A model generated the notes under the pieces. That model was not told the DNA's origin. It saw nothing but the letters and a program-made list of their open reading frames with translations, and searched no databases. A program made the translations under genes and the position numbers. DNA of 63,428 nucleotides, filler included, from Licmophora abbreviata (Eukaryota): assembly GCA_900291995.1 (NCBI GenBank). It is 10 parts of 10 records of this genome, joined end to end, with 100 filler letters (N's around TTAATTAATTAA, not from the genome) between each part and the next. Parts side by side here need not be neighbours in the genome. Positions count along the whole stretch, not along the records: positions 56,309 to 59,055 come from OLMU01003056.1; positions 59,156 to 63,428 come from OLMU01003059.1; 8 more parts are not named here. One strand, 5' to 3'. Position 1 is the first letter of the stretch. Every line of letters starts with the position of its first letter. Below, piece by piece: positions 56,309-63,428 of the stretch.

Positions 56309-56795
56309 TGTCTTTGAAGACTTTCTCCAGCTCGGGAAGTGAGGCGGTTGGCCACACGTTGGGAGCGAAGAAGGACGGGTTCGCAGCGACGACGTCGCGT
56401 GCGGCGATTGAGGGTAGACTCGCACTCAAGTCGTCCGTCAGCGGGTTTGCGTAGAAGGATCCTTTCGCCAAGTCAAGTTTGTCACCCTCTACCTTTTCTT
56501 TACCATGAGACCAGCCCACTCCGTAACCAGAAGCCTCGTCCGTTACTTTGTTCAGCTCATCTTGGGGTAGCAATGCGAGACGGCGTGCCAAGGGTAGTAA
56601 CATTTGTCTCAGAGAATCAAAGTTAGGTACATCTGTCACACCGATGATGCCCAGACAGGCCTCCCCTTCTCCAAAGGCAAGGCCGATCTTTTCCACGAGG
56701 ACACTCTGCACATGTGGATGTTCCCCTCGAAAGTCCAGCAGATCGTTGTACGAAATGGACACGAGTGATGGTGTATGCGAGGAAGATGGCGTCAT
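56309..56795 (-). CDS. IPNS/clavaminate-synthase-like 2OG-Fe(II) oxygenase, N-terminal part (3' truncated by contig end)
   Basis: ISYNDL, AFG...LGIIGVTDVP, RQMLLPLARRLALLP, GWSHGKEK, KGSFYANP, PNVWP...LPELE. Confidence 0.78.
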
Positions 56796-57185
56796 GAAAA
56801 CCTGATGTCTTGTCTCTACCCCGTGTCTTATCGATAGCGTAGGTCACGACGATCCAAACTGCTTCGTTGCTACTTGAGTCCTCCGAATGCCGCACACAAT
56901 CTTGTCGATGAGAGTTCAGAGTGCATGATGGCAATGCGCAATGCTACTGCGGGTGTTTAAAGCTTTTTCAGTTTCGAATTCAGGACGATTGTGGACTCCC
57001 ACGACTCAAAAAGCAACTGCCGCTTCCAAAACAACGGGTTATGCGCTGCTTACACATTTCCCGCCACACCCGCCGCCCTGCCCATCAAGACATTCACGCA
57101 TCCGAGTTCTGTGTTTGTACACTCTCTGTCTATGGATCTGCCACGTTGTATCTGAACTCTGTGCCTATGCATATAGCTTCCGGCT

Positions 57186-58487
57186 ATGAGTGAAGATCCA
57201 TTTCCCGAGACGCAGTCAATGGACGTACAAGAACGAGCAAACTCAATCTACAAGGGTGTCGCCTTGGCACCCATGGTGAGGGCATCGACGATTCCGTTGC
57301 GAACTTTGGCCTTGGAGTATGGCGCCGACTTTGTGTATACAGAAGAGCTAGTGGATCGATGTTTGATGGAGACGGTTCGTGAGGAGAATGCAGTCCTTAA
57401 AACCGTCGATTTTGTCAAGGATACGCTGCATCTTTCGGAGAAGGCCAAGCGCCGACTAATGAGGAATGGTGGAGCGGCCCGTCTCACGCTACGAATCGAC
57501 CCGATCATCGAGGCCGGCAAGTTGGTGTGTCAGTTGGGGACTGGTGAGCCAGAGCAGGCTTTGGAAGCAGCCAGGCTTGTTTATAAGGATGTCAGTGCTA
57601 TCGATATAAATATGGGCTGTCCGAAGAAGTTCAGCGTCAGTGGCGGTATGGGTAGCGCGTTGCTCAATGATCCTGACAGAGCCTGTCGCATCGTCAAAGC
57701 CCTGCGCAGTGAGCTCCCCAACACGCCAGTGTCATGCAAAATTCGGTTGCTACACGACGTTTCTTCGACACTGGACTTTTGTGGGGCCATGATTAATGCC
57801 GGTGTCAACGCCATAGCTATACACGGACGACGAGTCGGCGACGAGGCCATGAACCCAGCGAATTGGGGCGAACTGAAAGAAGTTGTTATACAGTTGCGTT
57901 CCAAACACGAAAGACTTCCCATTCTAATCAACGGTGACTTCTACACGCGTCGTGAGTGGACTGACTTCATGGGGGAGACGGGTGCAAACGGTGTCTTGCT
58001 TGCGCGACCAGCCTTGTACAATACTAGTATCTTTCGCAAGCCCGACGATGCAGATTTTAACGCTTCTCAATACGGCTACCAATCCCCGCTGCTGCTTGAT
58101 AAGACACGTGTCATTCAAGACTACCTTGGACACGCCCTACGTTACGACGGTCACTACAAGAATATAAAGTACGTGATCTGCGAAATGATGAATAATCGAC
58201 GTGCGCCGACCGCGAGAGTCCCCTTCTTGCCGCACAAATATGATGCAGGTCGAACGATTGGGAGCATATGTACGTGTCAGAGCATGGAAGATCTATGTCA
58301 ACTTTGGAATGTGCGGTGTTCCCAAGGAATTGAGAACCAGAAGTCGTCGGCGCTACCTGGTGAACACCGCTATGACGATTCGTACTTTCTGACACGAGAC
58401 CAGCATCAGTCATCCTCGGAAGATGCGCCAGTGACGAAACGCCCTCGACTCGATGAAACCCACCTCCGTGGCGATGTTACAATATGA
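57186..58487 (+). CDS. DUS2: tRNA-dihydrouridine synthase, Dus2-like
   Basis: LAPMVR, PLRTLALEYGADFVYTEE, QLGT, DINMGCPKKFSVSGGMGSALL, CKIRL, IHGR, INGD, LARPA. Confidence 0.92.
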   Translation: MSEDPFPETQSMDVQERANSIYKGVALAPMVRASTIPLRTLALEYGADFVYTEELVDRCLMETVREENAVLKTVDFVKDTLHLSEKAKRRLMRNGGAARLTLRIDPIIEAGKLVCQLGTGEPEQALEAARLVYKDVSAIDINMGCPKKFSVSGGMGSALLNDPDRACRIVKALRSELPNTPVSCKIRLLHDVSSTLDFCGAMINAGVNAIAIHGRRVGDEAMNPANWGELKEVVIQLRSKHERLPILINGDFYTRREWTDFMGETGANGVLLARPALYNTSIFRKPDDADFNASQYGYQSPLLLDKTRVIQDYLGHALRYDGHYKNIKYVICEMMNNRRAPTARVPFLPHKYDAGRTIGSICTCQSMEDLCQLWNVRCSQGIENQKSSALPGEHRYDDSYFLTRDQHQSSSEDAPVTKRPRLDETHLRGDVTI

Positions 58488-59055
58488 TATTGACTGGATG
58501 AATTGAAACTGTCAATTTCGGGGTGTAGACTCTTCTGAACGACAGCTAGTTTGAAGCCGATTCTTGACAACTGCTCTGTTGATCACCCCTTCGGCGACGA
58601 GAAAGCTCTGAATGTATTACTCGATAGGGGGTTTGTATCACGCGGTCGATGCCCATGATTCCGGTTGATTCTGGCTATTAAAGCCTTGGAATGTTCTGGC
58701 GTTTTATTGCTTGCGCGTTGTCGACTCCAGCAACGAGCACAAGCCTCTCGGAACACTTTTGCCATTCTTCATACTACTACCATATTTTTGTTTAACTAAT
58801 CGTAGATAGATGACAAAATAGCGAGGGCGGCAGTGAATCGGTCACTGAAACAATTGTACCAGGTACTTCGGAGTTCGACTATGACGCCAGAGCCTCGGCG
58901 AAGAACCGATCAGTCACCGTTCTCTCCCACTCACTAAGCTCCGCATGAATCAAACCAAAAGACACAGACAAGTCTCGACATAATGGTAGCAGACGTTCCA
59001 CCATGGCAGAACGATTCCAATCAGCCGTATTCTTCAATGCAGCCACACAAAAATG

Positions 59056-59155
59056 NNNNNNNNNNNNNNNNNNNNNNNNNNNNNNNNNNNNNNNNNNNNT
59101 TAATTAATTAANNNNNNNNNNNNNNNNNNNNNNNNNNNNNNNNNNNNNNNNNNNN
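59056..59155. other. Artificial contig spacer
   Basis: 44 N + TTAATTAATTAA + 44 N. Confidence 0.99.
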
Positions 59156-59168
59156 GCCCTTTGGCATA

Positions 59169-62100
59169 ATGATGTCAGAGGAAAGAAAAGAGAAGGGGCC
59201 CGAGGACGACCCGGTGCATGATGCGGATGTCACTCGTCCTCGGGACGGCGAAAAGCAAGTGTTTCTACTCCTCGATCCTCGCTTGAAACTGCTCATTACT
59301 TCGATTGAATATTATCGCAAGTGTGTCGATGCGGATGATTCGCACAAAGAATCCATGAAAAGTCGCTCTCGGGAAGAAGAACTGCTCGAATTGTTGAGGT
59401 TTCAGATGAAGCTGATGGAGCAACTTCAGAACGAGATTCAGCAGATTTCCCAGCAATCGGATCGTGACCGTGAACATCTCGCTGCCATGGCGGACTACTT
59501 GACACTACCTCTGGGTCTCTTGCTAGGAAATAACAGATGGGACGCTACTAAAGCCTTGGGAACATCGGAAGTTTCGATTTTGATTCGGCAAAGTGCTCTT
59601 TGGAAGACGGTTCAGACCGCAGCCGACACGCTGCGTATTTACGCTGCGGCATGCGGTGAGTCTTCGTTGACAGCGACTCAGATTGTCAAATACGTCGCGG
59701 CCTGTGCCATCGCACTTCCCGTGGAGCAACGAACGCCTATCGCTGGTCAGATGGATCATGGAGACACGTGCGTCGCTGCGATTCTACAGTGTATTGATGT
59801 ACTTTTGCAGGTTGACGCCACCGACCAGATGCACCTCCCACCGACGTCGATTGTCAAAATTGTGCGCGGATGTCTCTTATCGCTGTCTGCTCCCAATCCA
59901 AAAGAAGGATCAACAGCAGACAATCTGCTGCACACTGTTTCCTCGAGAGTACAGCTGCAGGCCTTGAACACGTTGCAGTGCCTCATGCGCACAGTTCCGG
60001 AGGAAAGTGTCTGGAAGAAAGTTTTGCCTGGGTGCTTTGGGGCATTGTTTCGGCTCATTGTATCTCAGTTGCGACCTTCTACCCAGAACGCGTCGTCGAA
60101 GGTCACCGCCGAATCCATAATCACCTTGTCTCAGCTATTGAGTGTGGCTTGTCGATCATATCGAAAAGACGAGAGAAAGGACATTGACATTAAGATGCAA
60201 ATAGCATTGGCACAAATGCAGGCGCTGGGAGCCACACGAGAAGGCCAAACTGTGTCGCCTAATGCTGAAGTGACAGAGCCTAATGGGGAAGGAAGTAACG
60301 TCGACGACTCAAGAGCTGAATCGATTGATCAATTCCGACAAGAAGTAAACTCACGCCTCCCGGGACCGCTGACTGTGCTGATGAACGTTCTGCCGTCGGC
60401 TGCTTCAGCAAGTATTCGCAGGGCTGCTCCTATCTTGTGTCGCTGTGTTCTGATCGAAACGCGATACATATGGGACTCGCCGTCACCGGCAATAAATCTG
60501 CGGCAGGCGGCTTTGGAGTGCTGTCTCGTATTGAACACGGATAGAGATGAACGGGCGGCGTCAATCAGTCGTTCCACTGTGGGCGACTGCCAACATGATC
60601 TTGGTATAGGCGAATGGCAAAAGGAAATTGGGACAGTTGTTGGGCCTCGCGTGATTGATCTGTTGAAAGAAATTTCGATCTTGACCAGGAGCCAGAGAGA
60701 AGTCGAACTCCGCACCAAGCTGAAATTGATATGTGGATATCTCGACATGGCAACGTCGACGGAAAGCCTGGGAAAATCATTGGTACTGGGGTCCGTCTCC
60801 GATGATATTCGAAAGATTCTAGTGGCTATGTTTGATATGGACTTTGAGTCGGTGCAGTACTCGCATGTTGTGGCCAAAGTTACTACGAAGACCGGTGACG
60901 GCAAGGAGCCAACAAGGTATCGATGTCAGTTTCTTTCAGCAGAAACGGAAGAAGACGCAAGACGTATGCTTCAGACCCTGGGCAGATGCCTTGGTACCAA
61001 ACGCGCTAGTCTGTTTGTTGATGCTCTTCTTTCTGACCTGTTTCAGGCGGCTGTGGATAGAGCTGAGACTGGCTGCTCCATGCACAGCGTGGCCCATACA
61101 CAATGGCTTCACGAGTGGGTCGGGTCGGTCGTTGTTGCTCATGAGATTCTTGTGGGAGCGTTTGAGAGTGTATCTGCGTCGAGCAAACACCAAAGGGCGC
61201 ACAAGAGGTTACTATCGCTATGCAGGGCCGTATTCCCTGTCATGACAAGCCCTCCGCTCTGGACGCTTCCTACTGCTGCCGTTAGTACTGAGACTGTCCA
61301 CTCCGGCCATAGTATACCCTCCAAGAGTTTGGCAGAACTCTTGGACCTGTCTGAAAAGAGAGGACAAGCCGTATCACACGTTTGTCGCTCGGAGGAAACC
61401 GACGATGGATCCGTTTCTGCGTCCGCCCTGAAAGGCAATGCTGTCCTCGTTGGCTCGCTAGTGCAATTGGTCGGAAAGATGGTCTCACTAGCAGGGAAAG
61501 AGTCTGAATCATTCCTGCCGATGCTGCTCTATCCACTGTGTGAAAAGAGTGGCTCGAGGAATCACTCCCAGGTTCAGAATGTGTCCAGCGTCGTCCTTGA
61601 GGAGGTCGCACAGTCATGCGGAGAGCTTTCTTCAGCCGACCTGCTGCGATCTAATTTTGATTATCTTTTCCGCTCGGTGCTTTCGAAACTACATCTGCCT
61701 ATTGGACGAAGCTCGCTGAGAGCTTGCGACTACCCCTCCGACATTGCCTCCATTGCACTGGCCATTCTTGGCAAATCTTCTTCGTGCGCGACAAACGAAC
61801 CTACAAACGCCATAGTTCCGCATGGAAAGCGCTCCTTGACGGAGGAAACGAACGTGTCGTATGTGATTGAAGCAGTTACATCGCTCGTGGCCATCTATGA
61901 TCGCAGCTTTTTGGGGGTTCATAGTGGTGACTATTTTGTAGCATCGTCACTGGAACTGGTACAGACACTGTATGCAGTCGTAGAATATTTCGCCGCCACG
62001 ATGGGCATCGTGACGGGGGCTCTGGCAGTCACTGATCCCGCTAGAGGAGATCGATCTGAGCAACCATGGCTAGAGCTGCTACAACCCTTTCTCTTGGAGT

Positions 62101-63265
62101 TTGCGGGGGAGAACCGGGACGACGAGCACGATTGTTTGTCACCAGATGATGCATTCAACAAAATGAGGGAGCAAAGAGACGCTGGGAGTGATGGTTCTTC
62201 GCTAGCCATGGAAATCTCTAGTGGCGAGCTTGGATACTTGGAACTCATGTTGAGACGATGCGGATTCCTCCTTTCTCTTTCGAGTCTGAAAGTGCAAGTC
62301 GCAGCTTGTGCAGCGATGAAGCGATGTTTTGAAGTCCTTGGCTTCATCGCCTTCCATTACAAAGTGAGTGATGTGTGTGTCAACACTTGGTCTCTTACGC
62401 GTTGCTGCGAACGCTCATGACCTCGTATTATCTTGGTTCGTGATAGCCCAGTGAGGATGAGGTCAATGGACCGAAGACAGCAATCTATCGCCACATTGCT
62501 GATGCATGGCCCGCAGTCTTAAGTCAACTCAATGTCACTGCATCGTCCGTTGTACATATCGGAAGCACGCGGGCAGTATCGCTGCGAAGGCAGTCTCCGA
62601 GGTTGCTACAGCCGGCGGTGCAGCAAGACGTTTCGACACATACGGCGTTCGCGTCAAGATTATTTGATCTAGTTGCGTCCATGGCGGAAGCTTCCGATAG
62701 TTTCATGGTGGATCGATTGAAGAATTTCGTGTGGCCAATTATAAAGAAACTACTCGGGCATTATCTCGATGGGTGGACGTCACGGAGCGAAGCGCGTTAC
62801 TCGGACGAGCCCTTCTGCTCCTCCGTTGCTCGAAAAGAGCCTACTACAAGTAAGTTGCAAGTTACAGAAAAGGATCGACTACTCTGGAATTTGTTCGGCT
62901 TTATTCGACGAATCTTTCGACAGCGAGACTGCGGTGCGAAGCTGGCGAGTTTGATTCCAGAAACGGGTACTCTTCTCCTCCCCTTCCTATCGGATACCGC
63001 CGAAAGTGGCGACGGAGCGATGGAAACCATCAAGGTCTTGTTGGAAATCGATGGGGATGCATTGTGGCGTGCATTAGTGGTCACCAGTGGTCGTCATGGA
63101 CAACTACCTCCATTGCCATTTGCAACGCCAAAGAATCTACTTTCTGTGGACACGTCGCCTCGCAATGACATTTGCGTTGCTTCGTCACCGTCTACGCTAC
63201 AACGTCGAGCTGCAGAGCTCATGGAGTATGCAAATACGCTGCCTGAGCAACCATTTGAAGAATAA
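59169..63265 (+). CDS. TTI1: Tti1-like HEAT-repeat protein (TTT complex); exons 59169-62363, 62447-63265
   Basis: ADYLTLPL, VLPG..GAL, LLYPLCEK, LLRSNFDYL, AWPAVL, FMVDR...VWP, IDGDALW. Intron 62364-62446 joins the two ORFs in frame. Confidence 0.72.
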
Positions 63266-63428
63266 CGATTCATGTTATTAGATCTTTGTATTCTAAAATG
63301 CATACCGCAGGAATTGAATACCCACCGGCGACGTTTCGTAACACCTGATATAGGTAGAATCGGCCGCACTTGCTACTCTTTGTTCCTGTTTCAGGTAGCG
63401 GCGACCGCTTTAGATTGGGTAGCAAGCG

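Noticed and set aside
55066..56795. Two 2OG-Fe(II) oxygenases seemingly in tandem or forming one gene
   Set aside because: They are separated by a contig spacer and belong to different subfamilies.
2756..59155. Nine recurring TTAATTAATTAA motifs flanked by Ns, superficially a repeat array or recombination sites
   Set aside because: Identical 100-nt artificial spacers between contigs. ORFs running into X residues are artefacts of them.
1..63428. Apparent cluster of chromatin, DNA-repair and mitosis genes (BRM, TatD-SET, Rad5, Nnf1, Misato, Tti1) near a retroelement
   Set aside because: Apart from Nnf1 and Rad5, these lie on different contigs joined artificially, so co-location is not evidence of a system.
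1..63428. CRISPR arrays, tRNA/rRNA/snRNA genes, telomeric repeats, LTRs or terminal inverted repeats
   Set aside because: None recognised by eye. Only short microsatellites (cat/gac/gaa runs) were seen, mostly coding or in UTRs.

Overview
Eukaryotic nuclear DNA, most likely from a diatom (inference from short 70-120 nt GT-AG introns, dense gene packing and ASAFAP-like bipartite plastid presequences). The window is not one locus. It is 10 separate contigs joined by nine identical artificial 100-nt spacers (44 N + TTAATTAATTAA + 44 N), so gene order across spacers means nothing. Housekeeping genes: BRM/SNF2 remodeller, two MFS sugar/inositol transporters, Tpr/Mlp1 nucleoporin, SDA1, HscB, a DHHC palmitoyltransferase, peroxisomal malate synthase, an SDR, Nnf1, Rad5, Misato/Dml1, Dus2 and Tti1. 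Other genes and elements: an intact-looking CRE-type non-LTR retrotransposon ORF (RT + CCHC + restriction-like endonuclease), a four-gene SRPBCC/START-fold array, a secreted trypsin with three Cys-rich ShKT-like repeats and a disrupted FG-GAP beta-propeller gene. Best candidates for novelty: (1) one intronless ORF fusing a TatD nuclease to a SET domain; (2) a Tpr-like basket nucleoporin whose tail carries 13 clustered FG dipeptides and a PAM2-like motif; (3) an SRPBCC array whose members carry myristoylation-type N-termini and Cys clusters, one copy frameshifted by an 8-bp duplication. All family calls come from motif recognition by eye; no database searches were run.
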